Shown: positions 52,820 to 62,636 of the stretch, one piece after another
Layout: each line of letters begins with the position of its first letter
Position numbering within the stretch: the stretch's first letter is position 1
Virus record (IMG/VR): IMGVR_UViG_3300046782_000223
Span: 1 to 63,897 of that record
DNA: 63,897 nucleotides
Source: a virus
Lineage: Duplodnaviria > Caudoviricetes
Reading direction: 5' to 3' (one strand)
Made by a program: the position numbers and the translations under genes
The notes under the pieces: model-generated
What the model was told of the DNA's origin: nothing
The model's input: only the letters and a program-made list of their open reading frames with translations
Databases searched by the model: none

Positions 52820-54585
52820 TGGCTGTGATCGTTACCCGCGCCGGGAAGGGCAGCCCGCTCACCAACGCCGAGGTGGACCAGAACTTCCTGAACCTCAATG
52901 CGGCGGTGGTTGCGGCCCCCGGCGACGTGGTCGGTCCGGCCGGTGCGACCGATAACTTCCTTGTCCGCTTCGACGGCGTGACCGGGAAGCTGTTGCAGAG
53001 TTCGTCGTGGCAGATCAGCGACCCTGGCCATCTGCTCCCAGGTGCGGCGGGCACGCTTGACATCGGGAGTACGGCCGTCCGGGTTCACACCCTTTTCGGC
53101 ACGACCGGTGACTTCAGCAGTCAGGTCAATTCGGGTCGGCTGAACTTGAACCTGACCGGCCAAGCGCCACGCACGCCTATCGACGGCGCGACCATGATGC
53201 AAATCGATAGCGGTGCTGGCACGCGGCTCGAATTCAACGTCTTCGGGGGCGGGGTCTCCTATATCTCGACCCGCCACTCGCGCGGTCCGCCCGGTGCGCC
53301 GACCGCGTCGGTGAGCGGCGACTGGATGGCGTCATGGGGCGCTCGTGGATATGGCGCGACCGGCTACGCCGTTGGCGAGGCCGCAACCATCGTCGCCCGG
53401 GCAAGCGAGACTTGGACCGACACCGCGCAAGGGACCGACATCGTCGTCGGCGTGACGCCGATCGGCCAGACCACGATCAGTTGGAATTGGGTGTTCCAGG
53501 GCGCAGGTCAGCTAGAGCCCTTCTACGACAACCTCGTCGATATCGGGTCAGCCGGGCGGCGGGTCCGCAACGTGGTGGCGTTCCAGGGGGTGTTCAGCGG
53601 GCCGGTGACTGCCGGGCTCAACAGCAAAATTATGCTGACCGGCAGCGCGTTGAACTCGATCCTCTATTTCGACACCACACCGGCGGTGAACGCGGCGCTG
53701 CTCTACGACAAGGGCCTCAATCAGTTCCAGTTCTTCGGCCCTACCGCGACGCTCAAGATCGACGGGGCCACCGGCACACTCAGGACGCCTGGATCAGTCG
53801 CGGCGAATGCCCTCGCTGCCGGGCCGAGCGGCATGATGCAGATCGCCGGGACGGCAGGCGTCAACTCGGTCATCTACTTCGACGCTGTTACAGCCGGGAA
53901 GCCTGCGTACTTCACCTACAATTTCCCCGGCAATACGCTCGACCTCGTCCTGGCCAGTATCCACGTCGCCGCGTTCAACCCGGCGGACCAGTCCCTTACC
54001 GTCGACGGCACCATTCGGGCTCTCAACGTAACCGCAACGGCTGCGGGAAGTGGCTCGGCAGTCCTCAATCCGGGCGGCACTCTCAACAGCGGGTATCTGG
54101 CGTTTTTTGATCCTACGAATACTCGCGTCGGCTACATCGGCTTCGGAGATACTGCCACCAAGACCCTCAACTTCGCCGCCGAGGCAGGCTACGCCTACAG
54201 GTTCGGCTCAGGCTTCTCGACCGCTGGCGAGATCACCTTCGGCGCGTCGTTCGACTTGGTCGAGCCTCGCGGTCGCTATTGGAACCGACCCGCGCCCTCC
54301 ACTAGCTTCACCTTGGACCTGAACTATGCAGGTGCGCTGGGCGTGTGTGTGAGCGCGACCCCGACGACCATCACCATCCCGCCGCAATCGGCGGTCCCCT
54401 GGAAATCCTGGACCCGCATGGACTTCGTCCAGTACGGGGCCGGGCAGGTCACATTCGCGCCCGGTGCCGGGGTGACGCTCAACGCCACTGGCGGCAAGCG
54501 GAAGACGACCGGGCCGCTTTCGGCGGTGTCGCTGATCCAGATCAACCCCGACGAATGGCTGCTGATCGGGGACCTCGCCCTGTGA
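52819..54585 (+). CDS. Tail fibre protein 1
   Basis: TRAGKGSPLTNAEVD.NF N-terminus; C-terminal Q.GAGQVT..G.GVT...W.L.GDL domain. Confidence 0.85.
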   Translation: MAVIVTRAGKGSPLTNAEVDQNFLNLNAAVVAAPGDVVGPAGATDNFLVRFDGVTGKLLQSSSWQISDPGHLLPGAAGTLDIGSTAVRVHTLFGTTGDFSSQVNSGRLNLNLTGQAPRTPIDGATMMQIDSGAGTRLEFNVFGGGVSYISTRHSRGPPGAPTASVSGDWMASWGARGYGATGYAVGEAATIVARASETWTDTAQGTDIVVGVTPIGQTTISWNWVFQGAGQLEPFYDNLVDIGSAGRRVRNVVAFQGVFSGPVTAGLNSKIMLTGSALNSILYFDTTPAVNAALLYDKGLNQFQFFGPTATLKIDGATGTLRTPGSVAANALAAGPSGMMQIAGTAGVNSVIYFDAVTAGKPAYFTYNFPGNTLDLVLASIHVAAFNPADQSLTVDGTIRALNVTATAAGSGSAVLNPGGTLNSGYLAFFDPTNTRVGYIGFGDTATKTLNFAAEAGYAYRFGSGFSTAGEITFGASFDLVEPRGRYWNRPAPSTSFTLDLNYAGALGVCVSATPTTITIPPQSAVPWKSWTRMDFVQYGAGQVTFAPGAGVTLNATGGKRKTTGPLSAVSLIQINPDEWLLIGDLAL

Positions 54586-55469
54586 AGCCGCTCGGAATAA
54601 TCACCGCCACTGCGGTCGTGTTCGCCTTCTCCATCACCCCGGCGGTCGCGGGCAAGACGACGTGGAACCTCGTCACCGACGGCCCGCTGAACCTGACTGC
54701 GGCGGGCCAGTGGACCATCGTTCCGGTCTCGACCATCGTCGTCCACGCGAAAGCCTGGGGTGCGTCCGGTGCGGCCGGTCCGCTTGGCGGGTGCTGGACG
54801 TATGGCGCAGGCGCAATCACGGGCGATGTGACGCTGCAGGCAGGTCAGTCCTACGTGCTGACAGTCGGCAGCGGCGGCAAGTACAACAGCAACGTCGCCG
54901 GGATTGGTGGGACCAGCAGTCCTGCGATCGGCGCTACCGGTACCGGTGGGGGCGGCGGCGGCTTCACCGGGATCACGCTTGGCGCGTCGGACATCTTCAT
55001 CGCGGGGGCCAGCGGTGGCGCGGGCTACGGCGGCAAGGGGGGTGCGGGGGGCGGCACGACCGGCGGCGTTGGTGAGGATTACGCCTCGAACGGCTCGAAC
55101 GGTTCTGGCGGTACGCCGACAGCTGGTGGGGCTCCCGGCTCCAACAACACCGGTGCGGGCAATCAGCCCGGTGCGGCGCGTCAGGGCGGCAACGCGGGTG
55201 GCGCGTACTCGGGCGGCGGTGGCGGCTCAGGGCATTTCGGCGGTGGCGGTGGCGGCTATGCGAGTGGAGCCCCGGGTGCCGGCGGCGGCGGCGGCGGGTC
55301 ATCCTACGCCAACCCGACGGCCTGTCCGTCTCCCAGCCATTTCGCCGGATCGACTGCGGTCCCGTACTATCCCGGCAATTCCGGCGACCCCAACTGGAAC
55401 GCCGTGGCGGGTAAGGGCGCGCAGGCGGTCAACGGCAACGGCGCAGACGGCCAGCTGCGGCTCGCCTAG
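54582..55469 (+). CDS. Glycine-rich fibre-tip adhesin-like protein
   Basis: GTGA overlap with fibre 1; many GGGGG motifs. Confidence 0.7.
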   Translation: MKPLGIITATAVVFAFSITPAVAGKTTWNLVTDGPLNLTAAGQWTIVPVSTIVVHAKAWGASGAAGPLGGCWTYGAGAITGDVTLQAGQSYVLTVGSGGKYNSNVAGIGGTSSPAIGATGTGGGGGGFTGITLGASDIFIAGASGGAGYGGKGGAGGGTTGGVGEDYASNGSNGSGGTPTAGGAPGSNNTGAGNQPGAARQGGNAGGAYSGGGGGSGHFGGGGGGYASGAPGAGGGGGGSSYANPTACPSPSHFAGSTAVPYYPGNSGDPNWNAVAGKGAQAVNGNGADGQLRLA

Positions 55470-55535
55470 ACCTGCTTATGTTGCACCTCACCCCCCCAAC
55501 AGGTAGCGTCCGACCGCGACGCGGGAGATCAGCCC

Positions 55536-55985
55536 ATGTTCGATGAAGCCCTCGCGATTACCGGCCGCGTGACGCTGGAACTGCTCGACGAGCACGGTCG
55601 TCTCAAGGACTTCCGGGAGATCGAGAACCTCGTCACCAACACCGGCAAGGCGGCCATCGCCGGGCGCATGGTGAACCCGGCTGTCGCCACGCACATGACC
55701 CACATGGCGGTCGGGTCCGGCTCGACAGCCCCAGCGGCGAGCGACGTCGCGCTGGCTGCGGAAATCGTGCGCGTCGCGCTGGCCACGGCCGGTGGGACGC
55801 TGGCGGGGGCTGTGGTCACCTACGCGGCGACGTTCGCCCCGGGCATCGGCACCGGCGCGCTGCAGGAGGCGGGCATCTTCAACGCCCCGTCAGGGGTGTC
55901 GATGCAGAACCGCACCACCTTCGCCGTCATCAACAAGGCGGCCGGTGACACGCTCAATGTGACGTGGACCGTCACGGTCGGGTAG
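55536..55985 (+). CDS. Tail/fibre attachment protein
   Basis: NLV.N.G; MAVG.G; EAGIFNA; NK...DTL..TW. Confidence 0.75.
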   Translation: MFDEALAITGRVTLELLDEHGRLKDFREIENLVTNTGKAAIAGRMVNPAVATHMTHMAVGSGSTAPAASDVALAAEIVRVALATAGGTLAGAVVTYAATFAPGIGTGALQEAGIFNAPSGVSMQNRTTFAVINKAAGDTLNVTWTVTVG

Positions 55986-55988
55986 GCC

Positions 55989-56948
55989 ATGCCGGGACCC
56001 CTGTTCTCCAACAATGCGTCCGGCGCGCTGGCGGGCAACTACACCGCTGCGGCGACCGTGATCAGCTTGAATACCGGACAGGGCGCACCCTTCCCCCAGC
56101 CGACCGGCGGCGACTGGTTCATGGCGACCATCACCAACGCCGCGAACGCGATCGAGATCGTCAAGGTGACCCAGCGGTCCATCGACACGTTCACCGTGGT
56201 GCGGGGGCAGGAGGGCACCGCGGCGCGGGCGCTGGCGCTTGGCGACAAGATCGAGAACCGCCTGACCGCCGGCGACCTGATGGCGCTGCGGAATACCCCG
56301 ATCGACCCCTCGACCCTGCCGGTCAACTCCATCGACGCCAAGGTGCTGATCCCGCTGTCGATCACCCAGGGCAAGATTTTCGACGGCGCGATCGTAACGT
56401 CGAAGCTGATCGACGGCGCGGTTACGCCGGGCAAGATGGCGGCGGGCGCGGCGCTCACGAACCTAGGCTACACGCCGGTCCGCCAAGGCGGCGGCGTGGG
56501 GCAGCTGACGGATACCGTCTTCCTGGGCTGGACCAACGCAGGGAAGCTGGCGCTCACGGTCGACGCTACCGACCTCGGCTACATCCTGACCGAACGCCAG
56601 GACGGCAGCGCAGGCTCCGGCGGCTACCGCGGCATGCCGCCGAACTATCAGGACAACAACTACATCATCGGGATTTCCGACGTCGGTCGGACGGTGGTCC
56701 ACTCCTCAGGGCTGCACACGTACACGATGCCCGGCGACACCACGACGATCGACCCAGGCGGCCTCGTTCAAATCCTCAACAGGGTTGGCGCAGGCGCGCT
56801 CACCATCGCCCCCGGGGGAGGTGGGTCGCAGTTGATCTGGCTCCCGACCGGCGCGACCGGCGCACGCACCCTGAACGCGCCCGGCGTCGCCACGCTGCAA
56901 AAGGCTGACGCGGGCATCTGGTACGTCTACGGCGCGGGGCTGTCGTGA
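55989..56948 (+). CDS. Tail fibre protein 2
   Basis: FSNNA..LA; EIVKVT; TVVRGQEGT.A; R.TAG; C-terminal GAG.LTI...W...G.GLS. Confidence 0.8.
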   Translation: MPGPLFSNNASGALAGNYTAAATVISLNTGQGAPFPQPTGGDWFMATITNAANAIEIVKVTQRSIDTFTVVRGQEGTAARALALGDKIENRLTAGDLMALRNTPIDPSTLPVNSIDAKVLIPLSITQGKIFDGAIVTSKLIDGAVTPGKMAAGAALTNLGYTPVRQGGGVGQLTDTVFLGWTNAGKLALTVDATDLGYILTERQDGSAGSGGYRGMPPNYQDNNYIIGISDVGRTVVHSSGLHTYTMPGDTTTIDPGGLVQILNRVGAGALTIAPGGGGSQLIWLPTGATGARTLNAPGVATLQKADAGIWYVYGAGLS

Positions 56949-57967
56949 CCGGCGCGGCGATGGCCGCAGCGGGCGCGTCTTCGGTCACCTCGCAGTCGGT
57001 GGCCGCGATGAGTGTCGTCATCGCGCCGAACCCCTGCACCGGCACCTACAACTCGAGCGTTGGCGACTACGTGGTCACCAGCCAAGCCGTCGCCAACGTG
57101 ACCGGCGGCACCCCGCCCTACCGCTACCAGTGGGCGTACGTCTCGGGGTTCAGCGGCTATGGCGTGACCGACCTCACCCAGCGGCAGGTCAGCTGGTCGC
57201 AGAATGGACCGAACGACCACCTCACCACCTTCATGGTCACGGTCACCGACGCGCAGAACAAAGTCGCCACCGCTCAGGTCACCGTCCACTTCAACCCGGG
57301 CGGGGGTGACCTCGCGGGTGGGGGCGGCAGCGGTGGCGGTGGCGCAGCGCCGAGCGTCACCATCGCGCCCAACCCCTGCGTGGGCTACTACGACAGCCGC
57401 GTCGGCGACTACGTCATCACGCAGCATGCGGTCGCCACCCCCAGCGGCGGGACACCGCCCTACCGCTACCAGTGGGACTACGTCTCGGGCTTCACCCTCT
57501 ACGGCGTGACCGACCGCACCCAGCCCGAAATTTGGTGGTCGCAGAACGGGCCGAACGACCACGTCACCACCTTCATGGTCACGGTCACCGACGCCAACAA
57601 CAAGACCGGGACGGCCCAGGTCACCGTCCACTTCAACCCGGGCGGCCTCGACGCCGCCAGCGGCGGGGGCAGCGGGGGCACCCCAGGTCCTGCCCCGACC
57701 GTCACGGTCACCCCGCCGACCATCACCTCCCACAAGCCGGGCGGCGGCACGTCGACGTTCACCTTCTCCTCGACCGTCAGCGGCGGCACCGGGCCGTATC
57801 AGTACTTGTGGGATGAGGGCGATGGGTCCCGCACCGGGCCGACGGTCACCTTCTCCAAGCACGCCCCGGCTGACGACGAGATCGACGGCGTGGTCACCCT
57901 GACTGTCAGGGACGCCACAGGCGCGGTAGGAACAGCAACCGGGCAATGGTTCGCCCTAGGCTTCTAA
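56945..57967 (+). CDS. Ig-like (PKD/SprB-type) repeat adhesin
   Basis: GGT.PY.Y.W three times; TVTDA strands; GTGA overlap with fibre 2. Confidence 0.75.
   Translation: MTGAAMAAAGASSVTSQSVAAMSVVIAPNPCTGTYNSSVGDYVVTSQAVANVTGGTPPYRYQWAYVSGFSGYGVTDLTQRQVSWSQNGPNDHLTTFMVTVTDAQNKVATAQVTVHFNPGGGDLAGGGGSGGGGAAPSVTIAPNPCVGYYDSRVGDYVITQHAVATPSGGTPPYRYQWDYVSGFTLYGVTDRTQPEIWWSQNGPNDHVTTFMVTVTDANNKTGTAQVTVHFNPGGLDAASGGGSGGTPGPAPTVTVTPPTITSHKPGGGTSTFTFSSTVSGGTGPYQYLWDEGDGSRTGPTVTFSKHAPADDEIDGVVTLTVRDATGAVGTATGQWFALGF
57011..57646 (+). repeat. Intragenic duplication of 294 bp (57011-57304 and 57353-57646)
   Basis: Gap-free codon alignment of two 98-aa units. Confidence 0.9.
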
Positions 57968-57981
57968 CGGAGGAGACCCCC

Positions 57982-58245
57982 ATGGATTTCGCAGAAGCCC
58001 TTGAGAAGATCGAAGGCGCATCCTCGGTCGGCGGCCAGCTGATCGTGGTCCGCGGCGGCCAGCATGTCCTTGTGGGCAAGCAGGTCCAAGGCGTGCTGAT
58101 CGTCGAGGACAACGACGATGCCCGCGCTGTCGCGGCCGAGGCCGGCATCGTGGTCGAGAAGGAGGGTGACGAGGCCGAGCCGAAAACCCATCAGGTCCAC
58201 CTCGACGACAAGGTCGAGATCAAGGACAAGGTCGGCCGGAAGTAG
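57982..58245 (+). CDS. Hypothetical protein
   Basis: GGAGGAG SD. Confidence 0.65.
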   Translation: MDFAEALEKIEGASSVGGQLIVVRGGQHVLVGKQVQGVLIVEDNDDARAVAAEAGIVVEKEGDEAEPKTHQVHLDDKVEIKDKVGRK

Positions 58246-58248
58246 ACC

Positions 58249-60063
58249 ATGGCCGCCATCCGCCTCCTGGCCTTCGACGGCCTGATGCCGCGGATGTCAC
58301 CTACGCTGCTCGACCAGACGATGGCGCAGGTGGCGTCCAACGTGAAGCTCTACAGTAAGGAGCTTCGCTTTTGGCGCGGGCCGGTGCTGACCCACTCGCC
58401 GCCGCAGGCCAACTACCAGACGCTCTACCGGCTATTCGACAGCCTCGGCGGCAGCGTCTTCCTGCTGTGGCTGAACGAGGTGGATGTGGCTCCCAGCCCG
58501 GTGGCCGACACCGGCGAGAGCCGCATCTACTACACCGGCGACGGGCCGCCGAAGAAGACCAACTTCGCCATGGCGACCAGTGGGGCGGAGCCCTACCCGA
58601 GCGCGTCGATGCCGATGGGCGTGGCCGCCCCGACCGTGGCTCCGGTCCTGGCGGTGAACGTCCACGGCACTGGCACGATAGAGACGCGTGCCTACGTCTA
58701 CACCTGGGTGTCGACCTTCGGGACGATCAAGGCCGAGAGCGCGCCGTCACCCGCGTCGTCGATCGACGTCGAGCCGGACGGGTCCACCGTCACGGTGACG
58801 ATCCCTGCCACGGCCCCGGACCCGGCCTACAACATCACCTCATGGCGCGTCTATCGCACGGTCGTCGGCGCGACCACGGTCGGCTACGAGTTCGTCGACG
58901 AGGTGGTGATCGCGCAGAAGGTCTACGCCGACACCAAGACTGTCGCCCAGCTGGGCGAGGTGATCGGCACGATCGGCTGGGTCCCGCCGCCCGACACCTT
59001 GCTCGGGTTGGTTGGCCTGCCGGGCGGGGCGCTGGCCGGGTTCGTCGGCAACACGGTCTACTTCTCCGAGCCCTACCATCCGCACGCATGGCCGCTGATC
59101 TACGCCATCACCATCCCCTCGCTGCGCGTGGTCGGCCTCGCCACCTCAGGGTCGGACGTGGTGGTGATGACCGACACCCAGCCGTACATCATCCACGGCG
59201 GCGACCCCGGCAACATGTACGTCGAGAAGGTCCCGCTGATGGAGCCGTGCGTGGCCAAACGCACGATCGCCTCCGACGAGGACGGCGTGGTCTACGCTAG
59301 CCCCAACGGGCTGATCTCGATCTCCCCGGCCGGGCGCGGCGTGGTTACCACCAACCTGTTCACCGCCGACGAGTGGCGGCCGCTGGTCCCGCAGACCATG
59401 AAGGCCGCGGTCATGCAGGGGCGCTACTTCGGGGTGTTCCCCAACGAGGACCCGACGCGCGCCCTGTTGCTGAGCCGCACCGATCCGCCGGCGCTCAGCT
59501 ACATGAACCTGCCCGCCACCGCGCTGCACGTCGACGCCCGCAACGGGGTCATGTTCTACGTCCACGACAGTTCCATCGCGGCGAACTTCGGCAAGATTTT
59601 CCAGCTGGACGCCGACGAGGTGACCCCGCTGAACTACACATGGCGGTCCAAGCGGTTCTTCGTCGAGAAGGCGGTGACGTTCAGCCTCATGCGCCTCGAC
59701 GCTGACTACGGTCAGGTGGTGGACGAGGCGGCGAACTTGGCTCAGGCCAAGATCGTCAACGACCACAACACCGCAGCCTATCCGAACCCGCTGCAGGGCG
59801 CGTTCAACGAGGTGCCGCTCAACACCTGGGAGATCAACGGCAGCACGCTGTGGAACCCGCCGCACGCCGGGAGCGCACGCAGCGTGCAGGTGGTGGTTCA
59901 CGGCGATGGCGAGGAGGCCGTGGTCAACCTGCAGCCGACAAGCCTGAACCCTATCCGCGTGCCGCCTTTCAAGTGCCGCGAGCTTGAGTTCACGATCATG
60001 GGCAATATCAATGTCCGCTCCCTCCACTTCGCGACGACGATGGAGGAGCTTCTCGCCTCATGA
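58249..60063 (+). CDS. Tail nozzle/DNA stabilisation protein
   Basis: F.G..PR; R.YVYT.V; ESAPS; FSEPY.PHAWP; YASPNGL; WRSK.F. Confidence 0.8.
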   Translation: MAAIRLLAFDGLMPRMSPTLLDQTMAQVASNVKLYSKELRFWRGPVLTHSPPQANYQTLYRLFDSLGGSVFLLWLNEVDVAPSPVADTGESRIYYTGDGPPKKTNFAMATSGAEPYPSASMPMGVAAPTVAPVLAVNVHGTGTIETRAYVYTWVSTFGTIKAESAPSPASSIDVEPDGSTVTVTIPATAPDPAYNITSWRVYRTVVGATTVGYEFVDEVVIAQKVYADTKTVAQLGEVIGTIGWVPPPDTLLGLVGLPGGALAGFVGNTVYFSEPYHPHAWPLIYAITIPSLRVVGLATSGSDVVVMTDTQPYIIHGGDPGNMYVEKVPLMEPCVAKRTIASDEDGVVYASPNGLISISPAGRGVVTTNLFTADEWRPLVPQTMKAAVMQGRYFGVFPNEDPTRALLLSRTDPPALSYMNLPATALHVDARNGVMFYVHDSSIAANFGKIFQLDADEVTPLNYTWRSKRFFVEKAVTFSLMRLDADYGQVVDEAANLAQAKIVNDHNTAAYPNPLQGAFNEVPLNTWEINGSTLWNPPHAGSARSVQVVVHGDGEEAVVNLQPTSLNPIRVPPFKCRELEFTIMGNINVRSLHFATTMEELLAS

Positions 60064-62051
60064 TCGTGGCGCTTCCCGACGTCCCGACCCTGCAGAACCC
60101 GGGCCTCTACGAGCTTCTGCTGGCCATGCGGAAGCAGATGGTGGACATCGGCACGCAGATTGACGCCGGGGCGGCTGGCGGGACGGGGACCGGCGGCAGC
60201 AATGTGCCTGGACCACGCGGCCCCGCAGGGCCTGCAGGACCGACCGGAGCGACCGGCCCTGCCGGACCTACCGGCGCGACCGGCGCGCTGGGTCCACAAG
60301 GCCCTCCGGGGCCGCAAGGCCCACCTGGGACCGGAGGGACGGGTGGCGGGGCGCGCGACCCCAAGAGCTTCGTGCTTGACTACAGCGGTGTGGGTGACGG
60401 CGGGACGCCCAACGACGCCGCATTCACCGCCTACCTGAACGACGTCGCGACCAAGAACGTCTACATCGCGCCCGGCGACTACGTCACCTCGTTCGACAAG
60501 TCCGCGCTGACCAAGCACCTAGAGGGGCGCGGCGTCATCCTCGCCTCGACCACGGCGGCGGTGCCGGCGAAGTTCGGCTACATGGCCGCCAAGCCCTCGA
60601 CCTGGGCGGTGCAGGGCGATCTCGGCTGGTTCCGCGGCGACCAGTGGTTCACCGATGGCGGCGAGTGGAAGGTGATCGGTGCGGGCGTCCGCACCTACGA
60701 CCTGACCCAGCGGTATTTCGAGAGCAACGTCATCCCGCATCACCACTGGCTGGACGTGGAGAGCGGCAACTCGGGCATCGCCGGGTACTGCACCGGCGGG
60801 GCCGCGGCGAACTACGTCTTCATGGACGCCGTCGGCTCCCAGGAGTGGGTCGGCAAACAGTGTTATATCCGCCAGGGGTTCGGTGGCGCGGTGCTGGCTG
60901 GGCCGCTGACCGTGCAGTCGGTCGGCGGGAGCCAAGTCTTCTTCACCGCCAATCACGGCCTGAACGTCTCGTGGAACCCGCCGGCCTCCGCGCCCAGCCT
61001 GCAGTTCGCGCCCCGATCCTGGGCGGGCGTGCGCTATGTCCGGGTTCGCGCCCGGGCCGGCGGCGACATCTACGGCGACCTCGTCCGCGTGCAGATCGAG
61101 TACAACCCGAAGCCCACCGAGCTCAGCCACGTCTTCAACACCATGACGGGTGCGCAGTACGGGGGTTCGGTCGATTTCAAGGCGGGCACCAGCGGCACCT
61201 ACTGCACAGGATGGGAGAGCCAGTACAATGCGCTCGCGGCGGACGGCTCTCCTGACGTCTGCGTCCGCGTCCGCGTCGACAGCTTGGTGCGCGACAACGA
61301 CCGCTCCGACCGCGGCGGCCGCTCGTGGACCGGCAACTACATGGCCTCGACCGGCCTACGGCCTTCTGACAGCGCCAATGTCGTGGTTGGGTTCTGGCGT
61401 CGCGCTTTCGACACCGTCGGTGCGACCCTCATGGAGGGTTCGTACCTGACGGCGGCGGCCAACGCCGGGGCCACGAGCATTCAGGTGAAGTGGCCGGCCG
61501 GCGCGCGTGTCGGCCACCCGCTCACGGTCAAGGGCGGCTACAACGGCACCATCCAGGCGGTCAGCGGCAACACCATCTCCATCAGCCCGGGCCTCGACAA
61601 GGCATACCCCGTCGACACCATCGTCGACTTCCCGGACGGCGGCGTGGCCCTGCACATGGCCGTCAACCAGTGGATCAACTTCGACGGCAAGCAGACTGTC
61701 GCCGGCCGCAGCGGCGACCCCTACGGCATGTTCCCCACTGGCTGGGGCAACGAGACCGGGGTTATCTGGGTGGGCGCGGAGGCCGACGGAGCGACCAACG
61801 CACTGGCCTTCTACAACGGCACGACGCGGTTTCGAGTGCGCGCGTTGGGCGTGAACTGCAATGTGGATTTCCTGGGCGCAGGGACTATCCAGGCAGGCAA
61901 GGACTTGCTGACCGGGTCGTCCACGACTAACCCAAACTTCGCCGGCTCCGTTGTCTTCGGCTTGGGTCTCGGCAATTACATCGCCTTCAACAACGCCACA
62001 GGGAAGTACGAGTTCTATGTCGGAAATGCCAAGGTCTTCTCCATCCCCTGA
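60060..62051 (+). CDS. Tail fibre/spike 3 with collagen-like segment
   Basis: About 14 G-X-Y triplets at 60210-60335; GDG.T....AF tailspike-like motif. Confidence 0.75.
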   Translation: MIVALPDVPTLQNPGLYELLLAMRKQMVDIGTQIDAGAAGGTGTGGSNVPGPRGPAGPAGPTGATGPAGPTGATGALGPQGPPGPQGPPGTGGTGGGARDPKSFVLDYSGVGDGGTPNDAAFTAYLNDVATKNVYIAPGDYVTSFDKSALTKHLEGRGVILASTTAAVPAKFGYMAAKPSTWAVQGDLGWFRGDQWFTDGGEWKVIGAGVRTYDLTQRYFESNVIPHHHWLDVESGNSGIAGYCTGGAAANYVFMDAVGSQEWVGKQCYIRQGFGGAVLAGPLTVQSVGGSQVFFTANHGLNVSWNPPASAPSLQFAPRSWAGVRYVRVRARAGGDIYGDLVRVQIEYNPKPTELSHVFNTMTGAQYGGSVDFKAGTSGTYCTGWESQYNALAADGSPDVCVRVRVDSLVRDNDRSDRGGRSWTGNYMASTGLRPSDSANVVVGFWRRAFDTVGATLMEGSYLTAAANAGATSIQVKWPAGARVGHPLTVKGGYNGTIQAVSGNTISISPGLDKAYPVDTIVDFPDGGVALHMAVNQWINFDGKQTVAGRSGDPYGMFPTGWGNETGVIWVGAEADGATNALAFYNGTTRFRVRALGVNCNVDFLGAGTIQAGKDLLTGSSTTNPNFAGSVVFGLGLGNYIAFNNATGKYEFYVGNAKVFSIP

Positions 62052-62061
62052 CCAAGGGGCG

Positions 62062-62229
62062 ATGATGCGGGAGGCGGTCGAACGCCAGATCGGAATGCTC
62101 ACATGTCAGGTGATCGACCTGAACGTCCGGCTGATGGTGGCGCAGCAGGAGATGGGTCTGCAGTCGCAAGCCATCGTCGAAAGAGACGCCGAAATCGCGC
62201 TGCTCAAGGCCAACGCCAAGGAGGCGTGA
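62062..62229 (+). CDS. Small coiled-coil protein (possible fibre chaperone)
   Basis: AAGGGG SD; heptad pattern; follows the fibre gene. Confidence 0.5.
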   Translation: MMREAVERQIGMLTCQVIDLNVRLMVAQQEMGLQSQAIVERDAEIALLKANAKEA

Positions 62230-62636
62230 CCTGGGAAGTCGTGGCCGATGCGGATGCCGGCTACGCCTTCATCACCCAGCACTACGACATCGGCCGCACG
62301 CAGCAGTTCCGCGCCATCTGCCAGAAGAAGAACGGGGTGATCGTGGCTGCCGTGGGCTACGACGAGTGCAACGGCTCGAACATCTTCTGCCACATCGCCT
62401 CGGACGGGTCGAAGCGGTGGATGACGCGCTGGTATCTGCACGAGATTTTCAAGTTCCCCTTCCGCACGATCGGCTGCGAACGCATCACCTTGTGGGTCGA
62501 CGCGACCAACTACGCCAGCCTTGGGTTCGTGACGAACCTTGGGTTCAAGCGCGAGGCGGTGTTAGAGAGGGCGGGTCGTGAAGGCCACGACGTGATCATC
62601 TTGCGGATGTTCAGGCGGGAGTGCCGCTATGCGTGA
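62226..62636 (+). CDS. GNAT-family acetyltransferase-like virion-module protein
   Basis: HIA....W; F.FPF...C.RIT..V...N..S......LGF..E. Confidence 0.8.
   Translation: MTWEVVADADAGYAFITQHYDIGRTQQFRAICQKKNGVIVAAVGYDECNGSNIFCHIASDGSKRWMTRWYLHEIFKFPFRTIGCERITLWVDATNYASLGFVTNLGFKREAVLERAGREGHDVIILRMFRRECRYA

Noticed and set aside
57011-57646. Diversity-generating retroelement TR/VR pair
   Set aside because: Differences are not adenine-specific, both copies are in one reading frame, and no reverse transcriptase is visible
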